Below, piece by piece: positions 1 through 10,662 of a stretch of DNA of 64,000 nt. A program made the position numbers and the translations under genes. The notes beneath the pieces were generated by a model, which did not search any database, had not been told where the DNA came from, and saw only the letters and a program-made list of their open reading frames with translations. This stretch comes from Hypanus sabinus. Lineage: Eukaryota. Position 1 is the first letter of the stretch. Each line of letters starts with the position of its first letter. Location of the stretch: positions 80,724,001 to 80,788,000 of the forward strand of contig NC_082714.1 of the NCBI RefSeq assembly GCF_030144855.1, read 5' to 3'.

Positions 1-350
1 GATGAGAGGAGACATGATAGAGGTGTACAAGATATTAAGAGGAATAGACAGAGTGGACAGCCAGCGCCTCTTTCCCAGGGCCCCTCAGTACAAGAGGACA
101 TGGCTTTAAGGTAAGGGGAGGGAAGTTCAAGGGGAATATTAGAGGAAGGTTTTTCACTCAGAGGGTGGTTGGTGCGTGGAATGCACTGCCTGAGTCAGTG
201 GTGGAGGCAAATACACTAGTGAAGTTTAAGAGACTACTAGACAGGTATATGGAGGAATTTAAGGTGGGGGGTTATATGGGAGGCAGGGTTTGAGGGTCGG
301 CACAACATTGTGGGCCGAAGGGCCTGTAATGTGCTGTATTGTTCTATGTT
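1..350 (+). mobile_element. CR1 LINE 3' fragment (ORF2 C-terminus and 3' UTR)
   Basis: Encodes MRGDMIEVYKILRGIDRVD...TRGHGFKVRG and ends in a tgttctatgt tail; nearly identical to copies at ~22376-22737 and ~52860-53116. Confidence 0.9.
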
Positions 351-354
351 CAGG

Positions 355-1030
355 CTCCACCGACACTGGGGTCCCTGAGCGACGGGTTGACCGTGCCTCT
401 GCGGATCCTGTTGGTTTCCGGGGTTTTGCGCACCGCATCATGGTGGACTGGACCAGCAGGTGGCCCGAGGTCATCCCTCCAGCATCGACAACGGCCGCAG
501 ACTTGGTCTGGGAGCTCACCAGCACCTGGGTGGCTCAGTTTGGCATCCAAACTGATCTGACCGAGGTCCCCAGTTCACATCAGACCTCTGGGCTGCGATG
601 GCCCAGATCCTCAGTGTTGGGCTACATCACACCGAGGCGAATCACCCGCAGTCCAATGGCCCATGTGAGCGGATTCACCCTCCGTGGATGAGTGTTGGCA
701 TGATCGGCTCCCGTGGGTCCTGCCGGGGCTCAGACAGATCCAAAAGAGGACCTGCGGTTGTCCGCGGCTGAGTGGGTAAACGGGGAGCCGGTACGAGTGC
801 CCGGTGACTTTATTCCTGACACCACGACCGCCTGGTCGGCCTCTCAACAGCGTTCCACCCTCCTCAGTAAACTCAGTTCCTTTTCACTATTCCTCCCTCC
901 CGTCATGGCCTACAGCACTCTTGGGTTCCTGTTCACCTAGATTCCGCCTCGTTTGTTTTTGTCTGCCCCGGTGCTCACCCACATCCCTTAGGCCCCCTGA
1001 CGATGACCCGTTCCCTGATGAGAACTTTAA
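355..1030 (+). mobile_element. Degraded Ty3/Gypsy LTR retrotransposon integrase fragment
   Basis: ORF 290-691 contains VDWTSRWPEVIP...TWVAQFG; another frame gives DRGPQFTS and HPQSNG..ER, typical of the rve integrase core; frameshifted. Confidence 0.75.
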
Positions 1031-1244
1031 TCACAGATACGAGGGGTAAACCTGAATGGTCTTAAAATGGTCTCCTTCGCCGTTTTTATTTGCGAAAACC
1101 CGCTCTAACCCCATGCCTTCGGAGGCCGGCGCCCCCCCCCCCCCCCCAAGCGTCCACGATGGGGCCCCGTCTGTCTGCTCGACCCTCAGATCTGTCGGAA
1201 TGGCCTGTAATTACACCGGCTTTGCGGGCTGCCGTATGGTGAGA

Positions 1245-1560
1245 ATGGCGGAGGAGGGAGCGCCGCGGGAGGGGTGGTGAAGAGGGAGCGCTGTGGGAAC
1301 AGTGGATATGAGGGAGCGCCGCGGGAGGGGTGGTGAAGAGCTGTGGGAATAGCGGTGATAAGGGAGCGTCGCGGGAGGGGTGGTGAAGAGGGAGATGTGG
1401 GAATAGCGGTGAGGAGGGAGCGCCGCGGGAGGGGTGGTGAAGAGGGAAGATTGGTGAAAAAGGGGACGTCGCTCTGTGAGAGGGGTAGTGAGGAGAGGAG
1501 AGCCGCGCTGCGGGAGAGGCATGAGAAGGGAGTGCTGTGGGAGGGAGGACAGCTGTGTGC
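1245..1560. repeat. Diverged G-rich tandem repeat (~55-60 bp unit, gagggagcgccgcgggaggggtggtgaag...)
   Basis: Motif recurs about 4-5 times and degenerates towards the right. Confidence 0.75.
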
Positions 1561-1920
1561 CAGGACTGGTGAGGTTTGAGTACCCCATTCTGGGTGGAGC
1601 TTTGAGGAGGGGGTTTATAGAGGGATATGGGCCAAATTCAGGCAAGTGGGACTCTAGCACGGCATGGATTAGTCGGGCCGAAGGGCCTGTCCCGGTACTT
1701 CGAACCGCACTGCCCACCGGCTGCTCCGGGACATCCTGATCCCGGGTTGGTTGTACTGACAACGCAGCGACCTCGGTCTCTGCCATCGAGTCTGTTCCGC
1801 CGTTGGATTTATTACCCCTCTCTCCGTAGCCCTGAGTAATCCAGAACATATCAACCTCTGCTTTAACTGACGGCCTCCACACACTCGGTCTGTAGCCATG
1901 AATCCCCCGCGGGGCGGAAC

Positions 1921-2013
1921 CTGGTCAATGAAGCCGATCGGGGGAGTGAGGTAGGGCGCGGGATAGGTGCCCGGTGACGGAGAGAGTGGCATTGTCCGCC
2001 GCATGGATCCCGT
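1921..2013 (-). pseudogene. AQP10: AQP10-like exon 4 with a frameshifting deletion
   Basis: ttacag|AC GGG ATC...ATT GAC CAG|gtt. Length is 93 nt against 119 nt for the homologous aquaglyceroporin exon; the 8-residue segment between SVTG and GTYP is missing and the frame shifts. Confidence 0.85.
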
Positions 2014-2301
2014 CTGTAAGGGAGGAGAGAGGGGAGGGGTGTCAAAGTCAGACCCGAACAATGTGAAAAAGTGGGGAAAATGGCGAATTGGTTAATTGTT
2101 GTCACATGTACCGAGTTACAATGAAAACCTTGTCGTGCACACTGTTCACGCAGAGCATTGACGTAGAGAAAAGTGAAGCAATAACAGAAAGCAGAATAAA
2201 GTGTTGCAGAGAGAGTGCAGCGCAGGCAGACAGCAAGGGCCTCGGCGAGGTAGATTGTGAGTTTAAAAGTTCATCTTATCGTACAGTTCAATGGTCTTGG
2301 C

Positions 2302-3075
2302 GCTTATCCGTGTAAGCGGAACAAGTGCTACACCTGCCCTTACACTTCCTCCCTCACCACCATTCAGGGCCCCAGACAGTCCTTCCAGGTGAGGCGACAC
2401 TTCTCCTGTGAGTCGGCTGGTGTGGTATACTGCGTCCGGTACTCCCGGTGTGGCCCTTTATATATTGGTGAGACCCGACGCAGACTGGGAGACCGTTTCG
2501 CGGAACACCTACGCTCGATCCACCAGAGAAAGCAGGATCTCCCAGTGGCCACACATTTTAATTCCACGTCCCATTCCCACTCTGATATGTCTATCCATGG
2601 CCTCCTCTACTGTCAGGATGAAGCCACACTCAGGTCGGAGAAACAACATCTTATATACTGGCTGGGTAGCCTCCAACCTGATGGCATGAACATTGACTTC
2701 TCTAACTTCTGTTAATGCCCCTCCTCCCCTTCTTACCCCATCCCTATTTACCTATCTATTTATATATATTCGCTCTCTTTCCTTGCCTGTTCTCCATCTC
2801 CCTCTGGTGCTCCCCTCCCCCTTTCTTTCTCCCTACGCCTCCCGTCTCCCCTTCCTCCAGCCTTGCCAATCACCGTTCCAGCTCTTGGCTTCAACCCTCC
2901 CCCTGCGGTCTTCTCCTATCATTTCGGATCTCTCCCTCCCCCTCGCACTTTCAAATCTCTTACTATCTCTCCTTTCGGTTAGTCCTGACGAAGGGTCTCG
3001 GCCCGAAACATCGACAGCGCTTCACCCTATAGATGCTGCCAGGCCTGCTGTGTTCCACCAGCATTTCGTGTGTGT
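2302..3075 (+). mobile_element. Penelope-like element 3' part (GIY-YIG endonuclease and terminal region)
   Basis: ORF 2257-2715: CYTC...VVYCVRYSRCGPLYIGETRRRLGDRFAEH...VATHFN...QPDGMN. Followed by a pyrimidine-rich UTR, a hammerhead motif and a cagcattt.gtgtgtgt end. Confidence 0.9.
2981..3016 (+). ncRNA. Minimal type I hammerhead ribozyme motif (Penelope-associated)
   Basis: agtc-CTGACGA-a-gggtctcggccc (stem II)-GAAA-catc-gac; stem I gtc/gac; helix III essentially absent. Confidence 0.7.
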
Positions 3076-3299
3076 CCTTGAGCCTGGTGTTTTGTGCTTT
3101 CAGTCTTTTGTATTTTCTGGCCGAATGGGGGGGAGAATGTCCGGGGAGGGTGGGGCTTTTGGTTATGTTGGCTGCTTTACCGAGGCAGCGGGAGGTGGGA
3201 CTTGTTTCCGTGACGTGTCTACAGTTTCCCGGGATCCGATGGGGTGCGGGTCAAAGGGGACCAGAAGGTCAGCCATCGAGGTCACGGCCAACTCCTAAT

Positions 3300-4070
3300 T
3301 TCGGCCCCCCTCTCTCGACGCGCTCAATATCACACCGCCTTGGTCGGATGGATCAGAGGCAGCGACGAGATCGCACCCATCCACAACAGCCGGCTGAGCG
3401 GCGCGGCGACCGTCATCTCTCGCTCAGCGCCGGCAGGACGAGAGGGCTGACTGCTGACTTCAGCAAGGGAGAGGGGGGCGCACATGCGGCGGTCTACCTG
3501 GTGGATCGGCAGCTTTAACTCGCGTGTGTTCACACACAGGACCGTGAACGTTGGCATCTAGGAGTTTAAGGAACCCGGTTTGTCGGCGAACCCTCTATAG
3601 ACGGGACTGTTGACGGGGTGTGACCTATGCTTGGGAACCGAAGATCCTGCCGAGAGTAGTGTACAGCCCCATATATCACGGGCACATCCTTCCTCACCAT
3701 CGGTCATATCTACATGAGGCCCTCTCTCAAGAGAGCAACGTCCCCACCACCCGGGCCAGGCCATCTTCTCCCAGCTCCCACCGGGCAGGAGGTACAGAAG
3801 CCTGAAGTCCCACCCCACCAGGGTCAGGAACACCGACTTCCCCTCTACCGTTCGGTTCCTGAACCGACCGGTACAACCCCGGTCACCACCTCGGTACAGA
3901 AACACTGTACACTAAAAAGGTCTTAATGGACTTTATTGGTTCAAAATGAGTTCTTGTAAAAATAGTGTTTAATTTGTTACAAGATTTATGTTTTTTCTTG
4001 TGGAAGTTGTTTAACTGATGCTTTAAGTTTTTCATTGTACCAGTGCCTGTGACAATAAACTTGACTTCAA
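3300..4070 (+). mobile_element. Heavily decayed Rex1/L2-like LINE 3' half
   Basis: TALVGWIRGSDE (post-YADD region), a ccgggcaggaggtacagaagcctgaagtcc segment and a tgacaataaacttgactt tail, all shared with other copies in the window. Confidence 0.6.
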
Positions 4071-4228
4071 CTGCGATCCGGGTGTCTATACCGGAAGTCC
4101 TGTCCCACGCTCTGAACTCAATGGGGAAACATCTCTTCTTCACTCCCCCCACCCTCAGCTCACCAAGTCCACACCCTTCGTTGGTCAGCCCGAATAGCCC
4201 CTGCGCACTTGCCGTGCTTTCCCCTTAC

Positions 4229-4366
4229 CGCCGTGCACACCGCACACGATCGCAGCCCCAACGAAGCCCCCGAGGGTCTGGGACAGCATATAACATGGCA
4301 GCTTCTTCCACTGGAGCCTCCCTAACAAGCACAGGCTGAAGGAAACGGCCGGGTTTAGACGGGCCC
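4229..4366 (-). pseudogene. AQP10: AQP10-like exon 3 (first NPA motif)
   Basis: ttgcag|GG GCC CGT CTA AAC CCG GCC...CAC GGC G|gtaagg; 138 nt, phase 1/1, the expected size for this aquaglyceroporin exon; frame open. Confidence 0.9.
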
Positions 4367-4420
4367 CTGCAAGTTAAGCACAAGAAAGTTCAGAAGTGAC
4401 GGCGTCCACCCTTCCTTGAA

Positions 4421-4500
4421 TGGTGGCGCAGTGGGCAGAGCCGCCATCTTGCAGTCCTGGCGACAGGGGTTCGATCCCGACCTCCCGTGTTTTGTGTGAA
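4421..4500 (+). mobile_element. tRNA-derived SINE head
   Basis: A box tggcgcagtgg and B box ggttcgatccc, with no complete cloverleaf or acceptor stem. Confidence 0.6.
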
Positions 4501-4999
4501 CTTTATATCAAAAATCGGGTTACTATCACTGATATGTTTTTATTTAGCGGCAGTGTAAGATATAAATTACTATAACACTATAGCACTCACGGAACCAAAT
4601 CCAACCGTTTGAATTGTCCCAACGTGGCCCCTTCTGGGGCGGAAATGTGGGGTAGGAGGGCTGCCTGGACTCACTCAAACTGCGACAAAGAGGCGTACGG
4701 AAGTGAGTGAGATAGACCGGCTGGTTGAGTGGTCCACGCACTCAGCGTCAGCGAGGACTAGGAACTGATTGTGGACTTCAGGAAGAGGGAGTCGGGAGAT
4801 CGCACACCAGGCCTCACTGAGGGGTTGGTCACTGGTGGAGAGGGGGAGCAGCTTCAAGTTCCCGGACGGCATCATCTCAGAGCATCCATCCTGGGCCAAC
4901 ACCTCTCTGGCGTTCCCCCTCTACCCCTCGACATTCCCTGAGATCACTAGAAAAGATTCCGGCCTCCCCACATTCTCTGATCTGTCTCACTCTTCGGGA

Positions 5000-5700
5000 C
5001 CTGAGTTATGGGAAAAGGCTGAACAGGTTGGAACTTCGTTCCCTAGCGCCGGGGAGGCTGAGGGGAGATCTGACAGCAGTGTACAAAATGTGGGGAGGTA
5101 GAGATAGGATAAGTATCTAACTCCAGGTTGGATCAGACCTAAACCAGAGGTCATAGGTTAAGGGTGAAAGGGGAAACATAAAGGAGATTATCTTCACTCG
5201 GGGGTGGCCTGATGGCGGAATGAGATACCATTGGATGCGGGTTGACTTCAATATTTAAGAGGAATTTGGTGGATGGGTGTATGGAGGGTTGTGGTCCTGG
5301 TGCAGGTCGATGGGACGAGACGGAAAAATAGCTGGGCACGGACTGGAGGGGCCGAATGGCCTGTTTGGCGCCGCAGTGTTCTTTGTGTTTGTATCCACGA
5401 CTCTATCTTCTGGCTTCCTCTTCAGGGAACTCTGAAGGACTTTCCACACAGAAAGCCATGTTGACTCCTAATTAGACAAATGCCGGTAGATCCTACCCCT
5501 CCGGTAATTTCCCCACCACTGACCGGCGTGTAGTTTCCTTGATTGTCCTTGCTACTGTTTTTAAACAGCCAGGTGATATTCGCTGCCTTCCAGTCTGTGG
5601 GGAACTTCATCAGTGCCTAACGAAGCGAGATCCTCTACAACAGCTCCTCCAGCCTCCCACAAACTCAGTCGGGTCCTGGGATTTATCCACCTCACTACCG
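5000..5700. mobile_element. Degraded CR1 fragments (+ strand 3' end, then - strand RT fragment)
   Basis: + strand aggctgaggggagatctg...gggccgaatggcctg; - strand ORF PTDWKAANITWLFK...GNYTPVS...RSQHGF. Confidence 0.7.
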
Positions 5701-5759
5701 CGTAGGACGGCGAACATCACGGTAAGGTGGTGAGTCAGTGTGTAAGTGCGTGTTTCCCC

Positions 5760-6300
5760 TTCTCGCTGACTCTCCCGCAGCGAGACGCCGTACACTCACC
5801 ACCCCTCCTCCTGCACTGACCCTCCCTCCTCAGTGTCCCGCAGCGCGGCGCTCCCTCAGTGACCCTCGGGATGGCAGGGAGGGAGGATCTCCGAGGCCCG
5901 GAGGAAGTTTAGAAAAACTCACAATCAAAATGCAAACTCCAAGAAACTCGGCCAAGCATTCCCTGACGAGGCGATTCTCCTCGGAGCCCTGCCTCTGTCC
6001 ATGGGCGCTCCCGGCTCTCGGCGGGGCTGACAGCGCCACGGACGGAACAGTTTACTGCAGGGATGGTCCTGCCCTCGGCCGGGGCGGCCCCGCGTGGTAG
6101 GTGGGGACTCTGGGCTGTGCGGGATCTCCGGAGTGATGTGTGGAGCTGCTGCCTGATCGGGGTGTTTTACGCCTCGTCCAGCGCCGGGTCTGCTGAGTGT
6201 CGAGTTCAGCCCCCCCCCCTCCCCGACTAGGCTCGGTGCGGGTCGGAGCGTGAAGCCGGGAGGTGCGGGGCAGGGGGAAGCGGGCGAGGGTTATACTGAA
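5760..6300 (-). promoter_or_regulatory. CpG/GC-rich 5' region of the aquaporin locus, with a TATAA-like element at 6291-6295 (- strand)
   Basis: High CpG density around exon 1; cagTATAAccc on the - strand about 290 nt upstream of the ATG. Confidence 0.4.
5923..6002 (-). pseudogene. AQP10: AQP10-like coding exon 1 (ATG out of frame with the conserved TM1 segment)
   Basis: Kozak-like gcgcccATGG at 6002 and donor ATT|gtgagt at 5923/5922. The span is 80 nt, not a multiple of 3. The conserved frame ENRLVRECLAEFLGVCILI has no ATG after an in-frame TAA at 6052-6054. Confidence 0.8.
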
Positions 6301-6780
6301 ACACACTGACACATAACACACATACATGTTGACAGTGCCATACACCCTGACACACACACTCACACAGGCAAGCTCGCACCGATACACACACTGACACTCT
6401 CACCCTGTCACACTAGGCGACACACCCACTCAAACACACAGTCACTTGTGTCTGACGCACTCACGCTGACACTACGATGACACACGCTGACGTTCCTGAC
6501 ACAATCATTCACATACACTGACATTTGCACAACTACTGTAATACATAGACAGTGACACACTCACACTGACATGCAGTCCTTTGACACACACACACACACA
6601 CACACACAGATGCACTTGCTCTGACAAATACAATGATACACTCTGTCACACACCCACACCAACATACAAACACTCACGTGGTGACACTCACTGCCAAACC
6701 CGAACTGACACACACATACCAACACTTTGACGTACACACGTACACTGACACTTACAATGACTCACTTCAACACCATCGCC
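6300..6780. repeat. CA-rich low-complexity region including a (CA)n microsatellite
   Basis: Degenerate acac/ctgaca motifs, with pure (CA)n near 6584-6608. Confidence 0.85.
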
Positions 6781-7159
6781 ACCCTCCAACCCGCTTCAAT
6801 GCAACCCCGACAACTCTGGCATCGGCACACGAAGGGTTAACATATTTCTGATCAAATCAGGAGATGCTGGAAACACTCAGAAGGTCAGGCAGCATCTGCA
6901 GAGAGAGCGAGAGAGGGAGAGGGAGGGGGAGAGAGAGAGAGAGGGAGGGGGAGGGGAGAGAGAGAGAGAGACTGACTGCCTGCTGGTTCCTCAGGGATTC
7001 TGTCCCACTCCTCCGCCCCGTCTCAGCTTACACCTCCCTCAGACAGAGAAACTGCCACGAACAGCCCTCCCACACCCGAGAAATTGAACTTGGAACAGTG
7101 CAGCAATGGGACCCACGGTGTGATGCCAGATTAATTTAACACGTATTTACACAATGACC

Positions 7160-8160
7160 GTATCCCCCCCATTCCCGGCATCCACGTGTCTGTCTAAGAT
7201 CCTCTTAGACACCTCTATCAGATCTGCCTCCACCACCACCCCAGGCACCCACCGCTCTGTGTGTAAAAAACTTACCCTGCACGTCTCCTTTGGAATTACC
7301 CTCCTCACCTTAAATGCATGCCCTCTGGTATTAGACAGTTCGACGCTGGGAGAAAGTTAGCGACAGTCTGCTCTTTCTAAGCCTGTTGTAACTTCTACCC
7401 GGTCTTCCTTCAGCTGTCCCCACTGGAGAGAAAACGGCCCAAGTTGTCCAACCTCTCCTTAAAGCTCAAACCTTTCAATCCAGGCAGTGTCCTGATGAAC
7501 CCCTTCTGCACCCTCCCCAAAACCCCCACATCCTTCCTGCAACGGGCGGTCGGAACTGGATGCAGAACTCCAGCTGTGGCCTGACCAGTCTTATAAAGCT
7601 GCAACAGAACCTCCTGACTATTGAACTCAAAGCCTTGACTAATGGAGGTAAACATGCCACATGTATCCTTTACCCCCTTTCAGATCTTGCAGCCACTCTC
7701 AGGGAGGTACGGCCTTGATCTCCAAGGTCTCTCGACACATCAACACTGTTATGGGTCCTGCGAGAGGTCACACCCCAGATTAGAAAGATGTCCCTTTCGA
7801 ACAGACATGAGGAGGAATTTCTTTAGCCAGAGGGTGGTGAAACTGTGGAATTCATTACACGGACAGCTGTGGAGGCGAGCCGTTGGGTGTATTTAAAGCT
7901 GAGGTTGATCAGTAAGGCTATGGGGAGAATGGGGTTCAGAGGGAAAGTAAATTAGCAAAGGTGGAATAGCAGAGTAGATGATGGGCTGAATGTCCTAATA
8001 CAGCTCCTATGTCCTATTGTCTTACTAATAATAGAGTGCTTCTTTACGCTTGGCCTTCCAAAGTGCAATACCTCACGCTTACCAGGGTTAAACTCCAACT
8101 GCCATTTCTCCATCCATATCCACAACTGCTCTAATTCCCACTGTACATCCCTCCAGTGAG
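7160..8160. mobile_element. Cluster of CR1 fragments in both orientations
   Basis: - strand LLQLYK...VRPQLEFCIQF...ERLDNLG; + strand FRTDMRRNFFSQRVVKLWNSL; - strand WQLEFNPGKREVLHFGR. Confidence 0.8.
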
Positions 8161-8389
8161 ACTGTGTCGTCTTCATCTCTGTCAGATCACAGTCACTATC
8201 ACAGGTTCTAACTCACAGCCTGAAATATTATCTCTGCCTCTCCCTTCACAGATGCTGCCTGAACTTTGTAAATGTATTAGCAAGGTACATATACAACCCT
8301 GAGATCCATTTTCATCAAGGCATCCTCAATAAATCCATTGTAGAATAATAGTCAATGATAGACCAACTGGACATTCGACCAGTCTGCAA

Positions 8390-9235
8390 AAGGCAACAAA
8401 ATGTGCAAATAAAGAAGAAAGAAATAATAAATATCATGAGCTGAAGAGTCATTGAAAGTGAATTCATAGGTTGTGGGAACATTTCAATGATGGGGCAAGT
8501 GAAGTTGAGAGAAGTTATTCCCTTTGGTTCGAGAGCCTGATGGTTGAGAGGTGATAACTGTTGCTGAACCTGGTGGTGTGGGACCTGAGGCTCCTGTGCC
8601 TTTTTTCCCTGATGGCAGCAGCAAGAAGAGAGCATGGTCTGGGTGGTGACGGTCCCTGATGATGGATGATGCTTTCCTGTCACAGCGTTCCATGTAGATG
8701 TGCTCATGGTGGGGAGGGATTACCCATGATGGACTGGGCCGTATCCACTATGTTTTGTAGGATTTTCCAATCAAGGGTATTGGTATTCCATACTGGGCTA
8801 TGATGCAGCCAGTCAATATACTCTCCACCACACTTCTATAGAAGTTTGTCAAAGTTTTAGATGTCATGCCAAATCTTCACAAACTCCTGAGGAACTAGAG
8901 GCTCTGCTATGCTTTCTTCATAATTGAATTGTGCTGGGTCCAGAATAGGCCCTCTGAAATTAAGGATTTAAATTTGCCGACCCTCTCCATCTCTGATCCC
9001 CCGATGAGGACAGGCCCATGGACCTTCGGTTTCCTCCTCCTGGTCAATAATCGGCTCCTCGGTCTTGCTGACATTGAGGGAGAGGTTGTTGCTGTGGCAC
9101 CATTCGGCCAGGTTTTCAACTCCCTCCGAAATGCAGATTTGTCACCACCTTTGATTCGACCAATGACAGTGGTGTTGCCAGCGAACTTGAAAAACGTACT
9201 TAGCCACATAGTCGTCAGTGTAATGTGAGTAGATC
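8390..9235 (-). mobile_element. Rex1/L2-like LINE 3' half, decayed
   Basis: FKFAGNTTVIGRIKGGDKSAFRRE, and KASSIIRDRHHPDHALFLLLPSGK. Confidence 0.8.
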
Positions 9236-9919
9236 AGGGGGTTTCCTGGTTTTGTTTCAGGTTTCTGGCATCTGCATGGGAAATTCAGAGGAAGGTGCAC
9301 TGACGAGGAGGGGGCAATGTGGGAGAGGTGGTGAGCAGGGAGTGCTGTGGAAGGAGGGGCAATGAGGAGGTCCCTCCAGGTGCACTGATGCCACAGGACA
9401 AAAGGAGTGTGGGGTGTCCCTGATCCTTGTTCACGGCTACAGCCATAATGGGATCCTGCTCTGCACCGGTCAGCTACTGCTTTCCCACACCGCAGCAACG
9501 AAACCCCTTCCCCACCGGAACGAAGATCCCACATATCTGGGACAGGAGATTGAATAATGCCTCCCCACTCTGCACCCCCCCATATGACAGTGAGATTTGG
9601 AACCGATGGGAAGGATCTCCTGAACGTGCAATGTGAGGGAGAAGGCATGGAGGTGCTGGCTTCACTCTCTCCCTTGGTAGGTGAGCCGCCTTGCAGAGCA
9701 GTGGGAGGCTGTTCACCCATCAAGCTCCATGCTAGCCCTCTCCAGTTGCATCTCTACCCTCTCCCTCTCTGATTCCCTGTGGCAGGTCCCGACTGAGCCC
9801 CTTTCCATCTTGACACCTCCTCATTTCTCGCCCCCCATAATGTGCACCCAAAACCCATGTTCCCACACCATGGCTTCTTCCTGTGCACAGGCAGGCAGCC
9901 TGCCGTACAACAGTGTTTC

Positions 9920-10662
9920 TCTAAGGAGCTGGTGGGGGACCTGAGGAGGGCTAAGGCACCGGTGACCCGTTTCCATCCAAGGGGTCAGTGTGGACATGGT
10001 GGAAGATTACAAATACCTGGGGATACGAATTGACAATAAACTGGACTGGTCAAAGAACACTGAGGCTGTCTACAAGAAGGGTCAGAGCCGCCTCTACTTC
10101 CTGAGGAGACTGATGTCCTTTAACATCTGCTGGACGATGCTGAGGATGTTCTATGAGGCTGTGGTGGCCAGTGCTATCATGTTTGCTGTTGTGTGCTGGG
10201 GCAGCAGGCTGAGGGTAGCAGACACCAACAGAAACAACAAACTCGTTCGTAAGGCCAATGATGTTGTGGGGGTGGAACTGGACTCTCTGACGGTGGTGTC
10301 TGAAAAGAGGATGCTGTCCAAGTTGCATGCCATCTTGGACAATGTCTCCCATCCACTCCATAATGTACTGGTTAGGCACAGGAGTACATTCAGCCAGAGA
10401 CTCATTCCACTGAGATGTAACACTGAGCGTCACAGGAAGTCATTCCTGCCTGTGGCCTTCAAACTTTACAACTCCTCCCTCGGAGTGTCAGACACTCTGA
10501 GCCAATAGGCTGGTCCTGGACTTATTCCCACTGGGCAAGATTAACTTATTATTATTTAATTATTTATGGTTTTATATTGTTATATTTCTACCCTATTCTT
10601 GGTTGGTGCGGCTGTAACAAAACCCAATTTCCCTCAGGATCAATAAAGTCTGTCTGCCTGTC
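9920..10662 (+). mobile_element. Rex1/L2-like LINE, 5'-truncated, relatively young
   Basis: Open ORF 9990-10508 (YKYLG...KKGQSRLYFLRRL...FYEAVVAS...HPLH...SFLP); tail aataaagtctgtctgcctgtc. Confidence 0.85.

Larger units (their letters stand above)
1921..6002 (-). pseudogene. AQP10: Aquaglyceroporin (AQP10-like) gene, probably a pseudogene; exons 1, 3 and 4 visible, exons 5-6 presumably left of the window
   Basis: Three GT/AG-bounded segments in the correct order encode ENRLVRECLAEFLGVCILI, GARLNPAVSFSLCLLGRLQWKKLPCYMLSQTLGGFVGAAIVCGVHG and DGIHAADNATLSVTG//GTYPAPYLTPPIGFIDQ. CLAEFLGV and TYPAPYL, plus linkage to VPS72 (both on human 1q21.3), favour AQP10 over AQP3/7/9. The paralog call is less certain than the family call. 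Confidence 0.8.

Noticed and set aside
1211-1882. 223-aa minus-strand ORF as further aquaporin exons
   Set aside because: Made of the G-rich tandem repeat and CR1 3' remnants; no second NPA/NPARD motif found in 1-1920.
2257-2715. Stand-alone GIY-YIG homing or repair endonuclease gene
   Set aside because: Multiple decayed copies, one linked to Penelope RT motifs; it is a retroelement fragment.
4421-4500. tRNA genes here and at ~12548
   Set aside because: A and B boxes only, with no cloverleaf or Pol III terminator; these are SINE heads.
4590-4635. AG...GT-bounded segment on the - strand as aquaporin exon 2
   Set aside because: Only ~43 nt, with no similarity to the expected TM1-TM2 sequence.
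5830-6039. GTG-initiated intact aquaporin N-terminus, as called in the ORF track
   Set aside because: Requires a non-ATG start while a strong out-of-frame ATG sits 37 nt downstream; downstream lesions would disrupt the protein anyway.
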